The notes under the pieces were generated by a model. That model ran no database searches. It worked only from the letters and a program-made list of their open reading frames with translations, and was not told where the DNA came from. 59,749 nt of DNA from Dimargaris cristalligena. Lineage: Eukaryota. The stretch covers positions 1 through 59,749 of the forward strand of contig ML002247.1 of NCBI GenBank assembly GCA_003614675.1. The letters are read 5' to 3'. This document shows positions 37,918 through 50,966 of the stretch, in pieces. Positions within the stretch are counted from its first letter, which is position 1. Each line of letters starts with the position of its first letter. A program made the translations under genes and the position numbers.

Positions 37918-40900
37918 GGAAAAGTTTAAATGTATTATATTTTATGCACTACGGTTTTTAAAAGAAAAAAAGGTCGAGTGGGAATATAGGTCCGGTAGGT
38001 GGGAGTGGGCTGCTCTACCTAACCGAAGAATTGAGAGGTAGAACCTTGACGGGACCTAAGTATTAGTGGAAATACTAATGAATATAAATAATTACTACAG
38101 CATGATATGTACGAGTTTAAGTGTTGGTGATATATCCCGTAAATGCCAATTACCGACTGGGACCTTTAAACCCCATACCCTTAACTGAAAGTATGTTGAG
38201 AATATGAAGAGGTTTACTACTATGGTATTCAAGGGTACGCAGGATCCAGAATGCCTGTAATGCAGTTTAGGTAATCCTATATTTTTTTCACCTGCCCGAT
38301 GAAATTTTCAGCCGACAGCTTTGGTACAGCCGGTGGGAGGCTCTGGACCAAAATACTCCAATACTACTCTTTATAATGCCTTCCCCCCTCTTTTCCTCCA
38401 CCCCAGCTTATGATGGGTTTATTCATTCACTGCTTTACTGTTGTGTGCGACCGTCACGTATTGTGTTACCCTTCCCGGTGGACAAACGATTGCCCAATCC
38501 AATTCACCGGTTTCGACATGTGGGCGCACTTTTGGTTCAGCCTAATGTGGCTGCTGCTGGGAAAAGAAAATACCCATTTGGGATATTCCAAGTTAAGGTT
38601 TGCGTAAGTATTCAAGGTAATATAGAGAAGAGGCCCAACAGCTCATGACAATGGTGGTTGGAAAACCAGGAGGCCGGAACATGCGATGATTCGGCCCGAT
38701 TGGTTATGGGGTTCTTGGCAAGGGTAGCCTCACTCTCTATTTCCTCTTTTCTCTCCTTTCCGATACAGCACTAATATTCCATTTTAGCCAGTGTGAGCCT
38801 CACCAGAACATATTTTATTATTGACAGAAGAACTACCATTTCGGCTCAGATTAAATGCGACTAATAGGTTTGACGTACATCGGGCCGTAAGATTGATAAT
38901 AGAGGCTTGGAACGAGTATTAGTAGCAAGGTAAAGCCAAGCGTGGCACCCTAAGTATACTTTTCAGAAGTAAAACAGCCCTTTTGTTTCTTCGGGGAGAA
39001 CTTATTTTTCTAAAAGATCAATCATTTGACTGACTTCGGGAACCCCGACCACTTCAAAGCCAACCCAGTCGCCAATTGACACACTACTGGACCGTAAGCA
39101 AAATTCCTGTTTAAGAAGGCTCCATTAGTCAGCAGCTTCCCATTTTTGACCCCCCACAGGCCTAGTGGGGCTTAGTCGGATTAACCATAGTAAGTCCAAA
39201 GGGTTGTCGTGATAGGGTTGGTTCTCGATATACAGGTGGCTGGTTGTACAACGACGGTATGTAACCTAATGAGCGGGCAAATTAAAAACCAGAAATTGGC
39301 CCACGATGGTTCACAAAGAGTTTGGCATTGTGCTCATAGATGAATAGAAAATAGCCAAGGGTTATATACCGATTCGAAAAGACCAGATAAGCAACGTGCG
39401 AAGCCTGTCCGGTCGTGACTGGCTGTGGTATTATTCGAGGCGTCCTATTTCTGGTAGATGTTTATTTTGTCGTGGTTAACAGTTTTAGATTCTCGCCGTT
39501 CAATGTGGAACGGAGTCCATGAGAAATAACATTCCCTAAACTAGACCGCCCTCCCCTTTTTCTCCCGTCCCTGGTCCGCCAACTTGGTGTTTCTGGAACT
39601 AGTAAGATCTAGAGTGGTGGCCACTGGGGGTCGCCGCATGGGACGTGGCCCTTCGCAAATTAAGCCAAAATCGGCCAAGTTCCCGTAATCCAAACTCCGC
39701 ATTTGGTATTTTTTAAATGGGAGAGGCTCTGCCCGTTTTAGGGAATTATTTTTATTGCCGATTTTTGGAAGGAGCGAATCAGCGGTAAAATAACCAAGCG
39801 TGGGGGGAGAGTGAGTATATAGCCGGATCGCTCGCTGCTACAGGGTCCCATTCAATGAAATCAGGAAGACGGCTAGTAGTAGTACCTAATCAGTAGTAGG
39901 AGGGGGTCAGCCAGGAATCGTTCGCCATTATTGCAGGTGGGGAAAAGTTTATGAAACGCTGTCCAACCCAGGGAGGAAAGGATCAATCGGGACATTTTTC
40001 AACGAACGACTCGCACCACGTTTCGTTAGTTTAGGCCCCTTAATCACAGCTCTAACGCGCTGAGCCAGCTGATTTATGGATTTCGGGATATTCAGTCGAC
40101 CAACCCCAGGGTCCGCGGTTGGTTTTCCGGTGGACTGACTTCCAGATACATGTCAAATACACGTGGTGGGATTTCGAGGGCATTTAGGTGTCAGGTGCAT
40201 ATTGAATATAATCTAAGCACAGTGATGGAGGAGGTCAGAGTAGCTTCATAGGAAACTATCAGGGACCTGGGCGATGATTCCATGGAACATTTCTACAGCC
40301 CAACCAATCCGGCTGGCTCACTCAGTCTAAATCGGGCGATTGTATCGTATTAAATATCGATGGGGTAGGTTTGGGCGTGACTTCCACCCCCCCCATCCTC
40401 CAGTGAATTGGGCGGTCAATTGGTACTCCCGGATGACTAAACCTCGGCCCCCCTAATACCCTGCGATCGGCAGAGCCTTATTTAGTATGGTGAGGCGGAG
40501 GCTTAACAATATCAACTTAAGAAATAATGGCGTCGGTGTACACCCAAGCGAGCCCGCAGTAAGATATTACGCATGCTGTATTATACGAGTCGCTGTCACG
40601 CCCACCCGAGGTATGCCCAAATAAGTCGGACCCGTATTTTATAGAGTACGTTGCCAGGGGTGGGTTCTAGAGCAGTCCCGGCCATCCCTCCTCCGAGGAC
40701 TCACCCAAACGATCCACCGAGCATGTGCTTGTTGTCGCCCCTGGCGACCTTGTGTGCGGCAGCCCCTGCCAAACAGCGGGGTTTTACGCACCGGGTTTCT
40801 GGTGGACCAAAATTGGAACATGCTGGCCTCTTTCCCTCATTTACCTTATCGGGCAGCTCTAAACAAATATAGTTTGGAAGAAATTGACCGGCTGAAACTC

Positions 40901-41837
40901 GAAAGTCGGCTAAACCACATCAGTAATGTCAGCTGACAAAACAGCGGCAGAGTAGAAGAGGCCGATACCGTGTTTAGGTGAAAAGAAAGAGGCAGAGGCA
41001 GAGGCACCATGCTTTTCTGTGGTCAGCTAGGCTGGCTGCTCGCTCTGGTTTTTCAACTAGGTAGGCCGCGGTGGTGACACGAGTTGGGAAGTTCGGACGG
41101 CCGCCAACGAATGGGCCGAGATGAGACGACGGTGCTACCCTTGTGTCCGTAGCGGGTGTGCCGCCGGTGGCTCTTGGCCATGGTCGGGTACTGTATATGT
41201 TAATTGCCCAATGCCTAAGGTTTATAAAAAAATATAGGAGGGGGTCACGCTGGTGCCTTCGTTAACCCAACTGGTGGGATCTGGAGGCCGCTCGTTATTT
41301 CCCTCGATGGTACTGAGAGACCGAAAACATTCAACAGGAGGAACCCCCAATCAAAGGGAACTGAGAAGGGTGAACGGAAGAAAAATATCCAAATGTACGG
41401 GGCAATGGGTTGGGTAGTTCCACAGCCATTGCTTTATCGATATCAAAAAAACGAAGAAAAAAAAGCACGCTCCCTATTATCGATCGATGATTTCGGGAAA
41501 GCTTGGCTGTACTTTGCCGTCCATATAAATACCCCCTGAACCGGCTCCATCGGCCATTCTTTGACAGTATAACTTTCCATTTTATATACTCTTACTCGGG
41601 TGCTGCTCCTTGGAGTTTCAATATTTTCTTGTCTAGTGTTCTATAAGCCGCTCTTTACACCAAACCAATCCCACCTGAGGGTGTTTATCAATTCCCAGCT
41701 TCATTTCTTTCCGTTAGTTTGTCAGCCAACCCCCAGCCTAGTTCGATCCTGTTTATATTATATAGATATATATATTGATAGTATATTTTAATCGCCCGAT
41801 TCTTCCCCGGCGGACCAAGAGTATAGGTATTATTAGG

Positions 41838-42823
41838 GTAAGTCAAGTTTTGGATGTATATCTTGGTTTTAGACTTATTTGCGAAATTATGTGTTTGGAA
41901 GAGGGGCCCAGGGGTTGACGCAACCCCAAGCGGATTAAACCTCCCTGACATTGACCGGCATGTGCAGTTTCTTACAGTGGGGGCGTCGGGCCCTCAATTA
42001 CGCGATCCACACCTCCTCAACCTTCATTTCGTGCCCATGGTTTAGCGAGGCCAAGTAGTCGGACACGTTAGGAGCAAGTGGTATTTGCGCATCCAGGCTG
42101 GGCGGCCCGTGGTCTGGTGGGGGGGACAAGGCTGGCAAAATTGAGTGGGTGGGGTCTGCTCAGCCGGTCCCAGGGGCGTTTTATGCTCCACGCGGGTGCC
42201 CACCATCTTTTAACGAGGGCGTTTGTTGCTAGCTGGCTGGCCTTGCTTAATTCGTCATTGGCGGGTGGGTGCCCCCGTGGCTTACACATACCGGGCGAAT
42301 TACCTTGGGCTACTCTGGCTGTTTACGCTCCGGCGAGCGGGGTTTATTTCGCAGGAGCTGCCGTAATGACCCCAGCTGACAATGGGAGCGGTGCCTCGGG
42401 AAGGAATAGGATCGACATGAATTAGAATAATGGGATTAATGCACCTCGTTTAGTGGGGGAGAGGTGTCGGCCAGGTCGCTGCTTCGTTGTATTTATTGGG
42501 CCAACCAGTCGCCCCCTTCCCCCCACCCATTGTCCTGTCCCATCAATGCGCATATACTGAGGAATAACGTTGATACTGGTGGTTGAGAAAACTCCTATAC
42601 CCTAAGCCATTGCCCCACTGGCTGCTTCTTCCCCATCTTCCTTTCCTTCACTGCCATTCTATTTGTATTTTACCATAATAACAGCTGCCCTGTACCATAC
42701 TAACCCATTTGGCTCTATTATATATATCCCAATACTTCCTCTTTTCGCTCCCTTCACTTTATGCGGCTTGCCTTGTCCTACCTTGTATTTCTGTTCCGTA
42801 CTCCCCGTCTTCCGCCCGAATAG
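41838..42823 (+). other. Predicted 986-nt 5'UTR intron of the phosphate transporter gene
   Basis: GTAAGT at 41838; perfect TACTAAC at 42698-42704; no AG from 42685 until the TAG ending at 42823. The flanking putative UTR exons contain no ATG. TATAAATA at ~41524. Confidence 0.6.
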
Positions 42824-43080
42824 ACCGCGAACAATACCCTTGGCAACTACCCCTTTCCCCCCAAAACGACCTGGAGGCTCGTTTTCCGTATCTTTATATA
42901 AAACCAACCCGCTCCCGAGTTTCACTCCAGCAGTGAGACCCTCCCCATTCTCCCCCCGCGAAAAGCAGTCCACCACACCACCGACTTCACTTGGTTCCAC
43001 CGGTAATCTGTCTTAGTATTTAATACTATTTTCACCCGCCGAGCTGCCCTGCTTCATTAGCTACACGCCTCGCTTACTCC

Positions 43081-45621
43081 ATGAAGTTCTCTTCGGCCCT
43101 TCAGTTTAACTCGGTTCCCGAGTGGGCCGACTACTACCTGGCCTACTCCAACCTTAAAAAACTTCTCTACCAGATCGAGAAGGAGGTCTTCACCCCGCCC
43201 TCCTACCCCAATGGAGACACCACCAGTCCGCCCGTGGCTCCGCGCCGTTCTAGCGTCGAGTTCCCCGAGGACAGCACCCTTTTGGAGCCCGGCGCCCGCT
43301 GCCGCGCTCTTTTCGTACCCGCCTTGAATATCGAGCTCAAGAAGATTGTCGATTTTTACACCCGCAAAGAAGCCGAGCTGTACCGGAAGTTCCATACCGT
43401 TCGTGGGGAACTGGATGATATTGCCTGCGCCCATAGTCTGCTCATTTCGGTTGGTGATATCGATAGTCCCAATCACCACGACACCTCCACTACCCGGCCC
43501 AAGACTAAGGGTTCTACCGATGACAAGAAGGTCCCCGGGACCAAGCATCGGTCTCAGACCGAAAACTACCACGGCTCGGCCGAATTTTCCGCCGCCGGTT
43601 CTTCCACTCATGATATCCCCGCATCCACCGAGACCGCCCGCAACAGTCTGAACGGTGAGGACGACGATGATGATGATGAATCCCTGGTGTCGCCCCGCCA
43701 GAGCATGGATGCCAAGGCGATTGACAGTGATGAGCACCGTGAGGAACTCGCCAACCAGGCTCGTGACCTGTTCATCCTGCTCAGCGACCTGAAGAGTTAC
43801 GCTAACCTGAACTTCACCGGGTTCTCCAAGATTCTCAAGAAATACGACAAAGTCACCCAAAGTGATCTCAAGGAAAGCTATGTTGAAAAAAGCCTGCGAC
43901 CCGCCTACCCCTTCCGCGACGAGACCCGCCAGAGTCTGAATCAACACATTTTGTCGGTCCAGCGCATGTACGCCGAATTGGGTCGCTTCCCCGATATGGA
44001 CTCGGCTACCCGGGCCCTGCGCTCGTGTCTGCGGGAACAGGTCGTTTGGGAACGCAACACCGTGTGGCGGGATATGATCAGCCAGGAACGTAAGGTAGCA
44101 GCGGTTGGAGTGCGCCCCCCCATGATGGTGCAGGACGAAGCCGAAGGCCTGGCCGCGGGGACATCCGTTAGTGCCCCACCCGGTCCCTGGTGGCGTAACC
44201 TGCCTCCTTTCAGCCGCCAGCTCGGCCTGCTGATCCTCTGTACTACCATTTTTGCCATCCTCGTCAGTGTCCATATTTTCGATACCCCCGAGGAACAAAA
44301 CTGCCTGGCTCTCCTGGTGTTCGCCTCTTTGCTTTGGGCCACCGAGGCCCTGCCCCTTTTCGTCACTGCTCTGTTGATTCCCTTCCTGGTGGTTCTTTTG
44401 CGCGTACTTCGGTCCGATATCCCCAACCAGGATCCTGTCCGTTTGGATGCGCATGCTACGGCCAAGGCCATTTTCGGCGCGATGTTCTCCCCCGTCATTA
44501 TGCTGCTACTGGGTGGGTTTGCCATTGCGGCCGCCATGAGCAAATACAACATTGCCAAAACCATCGCATCCGCCGTCCTATCCAAGGCTGGCAGCAAGCC
44601 GCGCTGGGTTCTGCTCATGAACATGATGGTCGCGACCGTGGCTAGTATGTGGATCAGTAACGTCGCTGCCCCTGTACTCTGCTTCTCGCTGATCCAGCCC
44701 ATTCTCCGGACTCTGCCCCCGGGCAGCCCCTTCGCCCGCTGCCTGATTATCGGTATCGCCCTGGCCTCCAACATTGGTGGTATGTCGTCGCCCATCAGTT
44801 CCCCTCAAAATATTATCGCCCTGGATGTAATGAAGCCCGCCCTTAACTGGGGTGAATGGTTCGCCGTGGCCCTGCCCGTCTCGGTGGTCTGTAACATCCT
44901 AGTCTGGCTCTTCCTTCTGCGGGTGTACAAACCAGCTGACTCCACTCCCGCCGTCCACCAGGCCCGCTACGTGCACGAACCGTTCAATATGAAGCAGTGG
45001 TTTATCATCCTCGTCACCATCGTGTCTATTGTCCTTTGGTGCATCGAGTCCGTTATCCACCAGTATGTCGGCGACATGGGTGTCCTGGCCATTATCCCCC
45101 TGCTTCTCTTCTTCGGCACGGGTATCCTGACCAAGGAGGACTTCAACAATTTCCTGTGGACTACCATTATTCTGGCCATGGGTGGTATTGCCCTGGGCCG
45201 TGCCGTCCTGTCGTCGGGTCTGCTCAACACCATCGCCACCATCATTAAGGGTAGCATCGAGTCCTACTCCCTGTACTCCATCTACGTCATCTTCTGTGCC
45301 CTCGTGCTCTTCATCGCCACGTTCATCTCCCACACCGTCGGGGCCCTCATTATCCTGCCCGTTGTCAACAGTGTTGGCACTAGTCTGCCTGAGCCCCATG
45401 CTCGTCTGTTGGTCTTTGGCGCTACCCTGATGTGCTCCGGTGCCATGGGTCTGCCCGTCTCTGGGTTCCCGAACATGACTGCCATTATGATGGAAGATGA
45501 AACGGGCAAGCCGTATTTGACTACGAAGGATTTCCTCAAGGCCGGTATTCCATCGAGTGTTATTGCTTTCGCGGTAATCATTACCTTGGGCTACGGTATC
45601 TGTAGCTTGTTGGGCTTCTAG
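43081..45621 (+). CDS. SPX-domain low-affinity phosphate transporter (Pho87/Pho90/Pho91 family, SLC13-type)
   Basis: 846 aa. N-terminus MKFSSALQFNSVPEWADYYLAYSNLKK, LNFTGFSKILKKYDK, VVWERNTVWRDMI, SMWISNVAAPVLC and LPVSGFPN. Confidence 0.97.
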   Translation: MKFSSALQFNSVPEWADYYLAYSNLKKLLYQIEKEVFTPPSYPNGDTTSPPVAPRRSSVEFPEDSTLLEPGARCRALFVPALNIELKKIVDFYTRKEAELYRKFHTVRGELDDIACAHSLLISVGDIDSPNHHDTSTTRPKTKGSTDDKKVPGTKHRSQTENYHGSAEFSAAGSSTHDIPASTETARNSLNGEDDDDDDESLVSPRQSMDAKAIDSDEHREELANQARDLFILLSDLKSYANLNFTGFSKILKKYDKVTQSDLKESYVEKSLRPAYPFRDETRQSLNQHILSVQRMYAELGRFPDMDSATRALRSCLREQVVWERNTVWRDMISQERKVAAVGVRPPMMVQDEAEGLAAGTSVSAPPGPWWRNLPPFSRQLGLLILCTTIFAILVSVHIFDTPEEQNCLALLVFASLLWATEALPLFVTALLIPFLVVLLRVLRSDIPNQDPVRLDAHATAKAIFGAMFSPVIMLLLGGFAIAAAMSKYNIAKTIASAVLSKAGSKPRWVLLMNMMVATVASMWISNVAAPVLCFSLIQPILRTLPPGSPFARCLIIGIALASNIGGMSSPISSPQNIIALDVMKPALNWGEWFAVALPVSVVCNILVWLFLLRVYKPADSTPAVHQARYVHEPFNMKQWFIILVTIVSIVLWCIESVIHQYVGDMGVLAIIPLLLFFGTGILTKEDFNNFLWTTIILAMGGIALGRAVLSSGLLNTIATIIKGSIESYSLYSIYVIFCALVLFIATFISHTVGALIILPVVNSVGTSLPEPHARLLVFGATLMCSGAMGLPVSGFPNMTAIMMEDETGKPYLTTKDFLKAGIPSSVIAFAVIITLGYGICSLLGF

Positions 45622-47408
45622 GCGCTTCTCTTACGGGATGTGGTCTATTAAATTTATCTGCTACCATTTTCTTTTCTTTTCGATGAATATATTTTATCTC
45701 ATCATTCCGGTTCCCTGTCCGTGCATTTATGGATAGGGATGCCCCCCCTCTCTTCCCGGGATTATAATCCCTCTAGATCGTTCAACGTGTATTCACCCAG
45801 ACTATTCCATGTTACTCCATTTTCTAGCGTTTGTTTGCTCTCTATACCATATTTATTACAACCAAGACTATGTTCTTACACCCTATTTTATATATATATA
45901 TATATTGGGGTTGTCGTTTTATGCTATCCCGCTTCCCACCCTATGTTTTGCTTTCCTGTGCGCTTTCTGTTTTCTAAATAACGCAACACCTAATGATTTA
46001 CATCTATATATATATGTTTATATATAACAACACCTTACGTATTGTTTGCTTTACTTTATCATTTCCACCTTTATTGACTTGTGTTTACAGTCTCGCCTTA
46101 TATAGCACTTGCCTCTCAGTCCAGCGTGTCTTAATTTGAACTATTCTAATATATGCACTCACTTGAATCAATGCGCGTGGCCATAATTTAATGATATTGG
46201 CTGTTAAAATTCCCCTGACGTAGTATTTACAGGAGAAAGGGGTACCACTGAGTAGGCCTGTTAACGGGATTAACAAGGCAGTAACTAAATGCAATAGTAG
46301 GTATATTTTTAACTTGTGGTGTATCGGAATTACGAAGAGCCGATTACAGTATCACTATTGCCGAGATCCACATTAAACAATATACGTATATTGTTTATTG
46401 ATTTATAAGAACGTGGTTTACTTTGATTAATGTGAGCATCCCGTGTTGCAGCGCTACCAAGTAAAAGCGCCCTGCACTATTTCATCACCAATCCACCCTG
46501 ACCTAGCCCACCAACCTCTTTGACTCTCTCACTCTCTCCTCACCCACCAAGACCCCACTGATCGCTTAAAGCTGTTATGTCCTAAGTAGAATAAAGCACC
46601 AAACCGTGACCTTATAGGTCTCTTGTATGGATTCGCTTTCACCTATGCGATAGCACATTATGTAGACCCCCCCCCGATCGGGGCAATGTGTCCTTGGAGA
46701 GATCCCGTGCATATAGCTAGGCAATATGCCCATTCCAAACGATTTCCAATGACGAGACTCTCTGAGCTATGCGGGGTGGGGTTTCGGGATACAATTCCCT
46801 ATGAGGCTAGGGGTGGAGAGTGTAGGGACCACATGATTGTAGGAGGAATCTATTGAGTATGGTTTAGAGGGGTGGGGCGATTAAACCGTATTAGTGAGGA
46901 AATAATGATCAATCTAAAACCATATGCTAACTTGCACCTGGTTCCCAACTGTTTTGGCCTTCTCGTGAAAATATTGGGATATCTTCATCAGATACATCTC
47001 ATTTTGTTCTCGAAATGTTATACGTATATAAGCACTATGGAACTGTCGCGAAACAATTAAAATTGAAGTAGCCAGATAGGACGATTATGATCGCATGCTT
47101 TATTGCTAATTATAGGTTGTTTTTCTTTTCATATGATTTGGTCAACAGAAATGGGCAGGGTGAAGAGAGGGAGAATGGGTGAGAGAAGGTAGGATAGGGG
47201 AAGGGAGGGCTATATATAGTGGGGGAAGAAGGGGGTGTGTATAGATATGTATATATTTAAATAGGTATGATACACGACATGTCGCTGAGGGAAGGGAACG
47301 GGGGTGTTTTTCTTTTCATTTTTAGATACGGTAGAGGATGTGAGGGAAAGTGGATATAATGGAAGCGAAAGGAGGGTGGGGGGAACAAACCCACACCACC
47401 ACCACTCT

Positions 47409-49076
47409 CTACGCCAAATACTCAGCACCTTCACTGCCCACCCGTTTGAGGCATTTCGCCACCTCATGGTCCCAGTCGGTGCGGAAATAGAAGTGAAGTT
47501 GGGCGAAACAAACGGATATTACGCCGCTGCACAGCCCGGTCCAAATCCCCACAATACCCCAGTCCTGCACGAAGGCCAAATGCAGGCCAATAGGGATGGC
47601 AATCATGTAATAACCGGGCAGGGACAGCAATGCGCCGAGTTTCTGGCGACCCTGACCGCGCAGAATGCCCCCCACGACGGCCGAGACTCCGTCGCAGATC
47701 TGGTAAACGGCGGCGATTTTCATGAGCATAGCCACGAGCTCAATAACCACGGGGGAGTCGGTGAAGACATGGCCCCAAATACTACTGACGGCGACGAAGA
47801 AGAACGAGTTGCAGCTGCCCATGACGATGGCGAACCCAATGGCCACGGCGCCGGCCAGACGGGCGGCCCGGGGTCGCGCGGCCCCCAACAAATTACCGAT
47901 GCGGGCGGTGGAGGCCACACTGATGCCCTGGGGGATTTGGTAGCTGAGGGCCGAGGTGGTCATGATGACGGACTGGGCGGCCAACGGCGTGTTGCCCAAA
48001 TAGGATACGATGAGGGCCACGAATTCAAAGGCCCACCATTCCGCGCAAATCATCAAAACCCCCGGGAGACCCAGTTGCATAAATTGCCCCAATTTGCGGA
48101 ACCCCTGGCGGGACCAACCCCCCCAGGCTTGGTACCCGTCCACATACGCGGTGTACAGCACCAGCAGAATGAACATGAGCCAGTACGACAAACTAGTGGC
48201 CAAGGGTGCGCCAATGAAGCCCAGCGCAATCGGTTCGTACCACACCAGCGCATAATTGGTCAGAACGTTCAGGGGCGCCACAATGCACAGCACCAGGGTA
48301 CTGGCGTGCATGATGCCCTGGGCCTGGAGGTAGCGCTTGATGCATTCGAAAAGCAGGTTGGGTAGACACCCCAGCATGAGGTAGCGCAGGTAGGTGCCGG
48401 CCAAATGGGCGATGTTGGGGTCCTGGTGGAGGGCCAGGAGCAGCCATTCGCTGTTCCACCACAATAACATGATGGGGAAATGGAAAGCCGTGACCGCCAC
48501 AATCCCGCGCTGGAGATAGGTACCGACGGCGTGGACGTCGCAGGACCCGGTGTAGGACTGACTGCACAAGGTATCGAGGGCGGTGATCAGGCCAATACCG
48601 ACGGCCCACCCGGTCACGGTGGCGAACATGGTGGCCAAGGCGGAGGCGGCCAGAGCATCGGGGCCCAGGTGGCCCAGCGAAAAGACGCTGGCCATGTTGA
48701 TGGAATATTGGAGCAAGTAGGCTAGGACCACGGGGTACGATAATTTGGCCAGAATCTTGGCCTCCTGGCGGTACTCGGACCAGCTGAACGGGGAGGTCGA
48801 CGGTCCGCCGTATAAACTTTCGGAACCCAAAGAGCTGGAGGACGGCGAGGTGGGTAGTGTGACGATGGCATCGTAGAGCGGTGGCGGGGCGTTGCCGCTG
48901 CTGGTGGTAGACCCTACGACGGTGGCCAAACTGGCGGCGGACGGACTTGCCCGTTTGGGGGAGCCCAGGAGGTTGGCGCCGGGGGTGGTCAGGAACGGAG
49001 TGGTCTCCCGGGCCGACAAGTCCGAATTTTGGGTGCCGAACAGTTGTTGGCTGATGTTGTTCCAGAACGAAACCAT
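47409..49076 (-). CDS. MATE family efflux transporter (ERC1-like)
   Basis: 555 aa. Motifs GHLG..ALAA, ALDTLCSQSY, RYLQAQG, CAEWWAFE, RIGNLLGA, GILRGQGRQ and TDW. Confidence 0.96.
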   Translation of the reverse strand: MVSFWNNISQQLFGTQNSDLSARETTPFLTTPGANLLGSPKRASPSAASLATVVGSTTSSGNAPPPLYDAIVTLPTSPSSSSLGSESLYGGPSTSPFSWSEYRQEAKILAKLSYPVVLAYLLQYSINMASVFSLGHLGPDALAASALATMFATVTGWAVGIGLITALDTLCSQSYTGSCDVHAVGTYLQRGIVAVTAFHFPIMLLWWNSEWLLLALHQDPNIAHLAGTYLRYLMLGCLPNLLFECIKRYLQAQGIMHASTLVLCIVAPLNVLTNYALVWYEPIALGFIGAPLATSLSYWLMFILLVLYTAYVDGYQAWGGWSRQGFRKLGQFMQLGLPGVLMICAEWWAFEFVALIVSYLGNTPLAAQSVIMTTSALSYQIPQGISVASTARIGNLLGAARPRAARLAGAVAIGFAIVMGSCNSFFFVAVSSIWGHVFTDSPVVIELVAMLMKIAAVYQICDGVSAVVGGILRGQGRQKLGALLSLPGYYMIAIPIGLHLAFVQDWGIVGIWTGLCSGVISVCFAQLHFYFRTDWDHEVAKCLKRVGSEGAEYLA

Positions 49077-50922
49077 GGTGGTTGATTGGTCTGCGCGCGC
49101 GCGTGCGACTTGAGCGATTCAAGCGGGTGTGTGTGGTGTTGAAGTGGATATATATATATATATATATACGGGAGTTGAGGGAGGGATGCGCGCGCGCGGG
49201 GTCAAACGAAGGGATGGTCACAGCCAAATACTCTTAATGATGTCGACAGAACAGCGGTTAATGAAGGGCGGGGACGAGCCACCCGCCGCGGGCTCTAAGG
49301 AGGGAATAGTGGACTGAGGTATTGAAGGAACGGGAGGGAGGACGAAGAGTAAGCGGGGCCGTCGAGGGCGGACGACCCCGGGTTTATATAGGGGGGGGGG
49401 TTAAGGGAGGGGAGAGAGGGCTGGGGGAAGAAAAGGGTCCTTCCTGCCCTCCCAGCCCCAGCTTCACCTACCTACCTTCATAGACCAATGGATGGATCTA
49501 TCTCCCACTCTAGAGCAATAGAAAAAAATGGCATATCATATGCTCACCCCTCTCCTCCCAAAAACCCCTCCGCCATTCAGAACCCAGGGCCACTCATATA
49601 ATCCGTACGGTCGGATTTCCACCTGCGCCGAGAATATAATTAGAAACAGCGTATTAAACTAAGGTATAGCCCACGCTTCAGGAGGGGCCAATTCCATAGC
49701 CGCCGGACCCACACATACATATCACCCAAATAAGCAGCCCCCTCCGTTCAGTGTGGAGTATAGTCTACTCACACGTACCACTCTGATTGGCCCCAACCCA
49801 GAGAATCCCCTATATTTCGCTGTGACTGTGACTGGTCGGCCAGGGTGCTTTTCAACCTGAAACGAACCAACTAAACTCCTTCTCTTCCACGATTGCCACT
49901 CGTTGGGTTATATGAGTCGAGAGAAGAAGTGGAAATGGGCATCTCCTCCACCCGTTCCTGCTGGGTGGCTCTTTTGGCCATCGCCGTACTGGGAGGTCGG
50001 ATAGGAGGATTTTGCCGGTACATCTTCCCCCTTGGTATGGGGAACTAGACTCGTATAGCCACATTTCCACCCGCACATCTCTAAATCCACCTGGGAAAAG
50101 GCGTTCGGCTGGGGGCTTTACGGACTAAAGGCATATCCCCTTATTCACTGACGCACGCCCACTTAAGGCCATGCCGTGTGGTCCACACTCTCCAATCCAC
50201 GGAGCCGCTGTTACTACTTCACGGGAGGCCTCTTCCTCTTTTATTCTCTCCTCCCCGCAAGACAAGCTTCATTCAGGGATTTTGCCGCGACTGAATATCC
50301 CGGAATCCCCTAATTGCCTATATCCCCCGCTCATCGCTCAACCTTCCACCAACTGATCCCCCCGCAGTGACCATCCTATGTGTAGGTCACACATCTTGGG
50401 ACCTCCTGCCCTATCCTGTGCCCCTCTCTCGAACCCATCGTATCCCTGACCTGGTCCTGTCATGATGACCAACTGGATCGAATGCCCTGGTTCCCCTCGA
50501 CCATCGTGCTCAACTTCTTCATCGCCCACCACCTTTTTTTGCGCATCCTTTTTCTGCTTGGTGGTCGAGAGTTTGGTAATGGAAGACACATTTTGGGGGG
50601 GAGTGTCTGTAATCTGCAGGGGCAATCTGTTAGGCCCCCTGGGCCAGTGATGCGGGGTAATTTCCTGCCCAACCGCCTCACGAATCCTCTATAACCCACC
50701 ATGGTCACTCATCGACCCTGGATGCTGGCAGTATTACTCCCACCCATCCACTCGCACAGTAATCCTTTTATCCTCTCCCCCCCTCCGAAGTGAAGTGCAC
50801 AATGCGGGTGTTTACCTAAAACTATAAGGAACCTTATAGTGTACGGATCTCTGTCGCTATAGTCCAAGCAGGCCGCGCACGTTGGCGAGAGGCAGGGGCA
50901 AATGTGTGTCTGAGTGAGTGCT

Positions 50923-50966
<44 letters not shown>
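50923..50966. repeat. Compound (TA)n(TG)n microsatellite
   Basis: Read directly from the sequence. Confidence 0.95.

Noticed and set aside
40017-42069. Pho4-like CACGTG/CACGTT sites at 40017, 40160 and 42064
   Set aside because: Three hexamers in ~5 kb is near chance expectation.
43057-45399. Long antisense ORFs (465, 284 and 166 aa) over the phosphate transporter
   Set aside because: Shadow ORFs caused by strong C/G third-position bias of the sense gene; no recognisable protein.
47304-49227. 353-aa antisense and 344-aa alternative-frame ORFs over the MATE gene
   Set aside because: Same codon-bias effect. The same applies to the antisense ORFs over RPL15, LIA1, RPN6 and VRG4.
50338-50708. 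Cluster of short overlapping ORFs upstream of the MATE promoter
   Set aside because: No recognisable motif, codon bias or consistent splice structure.
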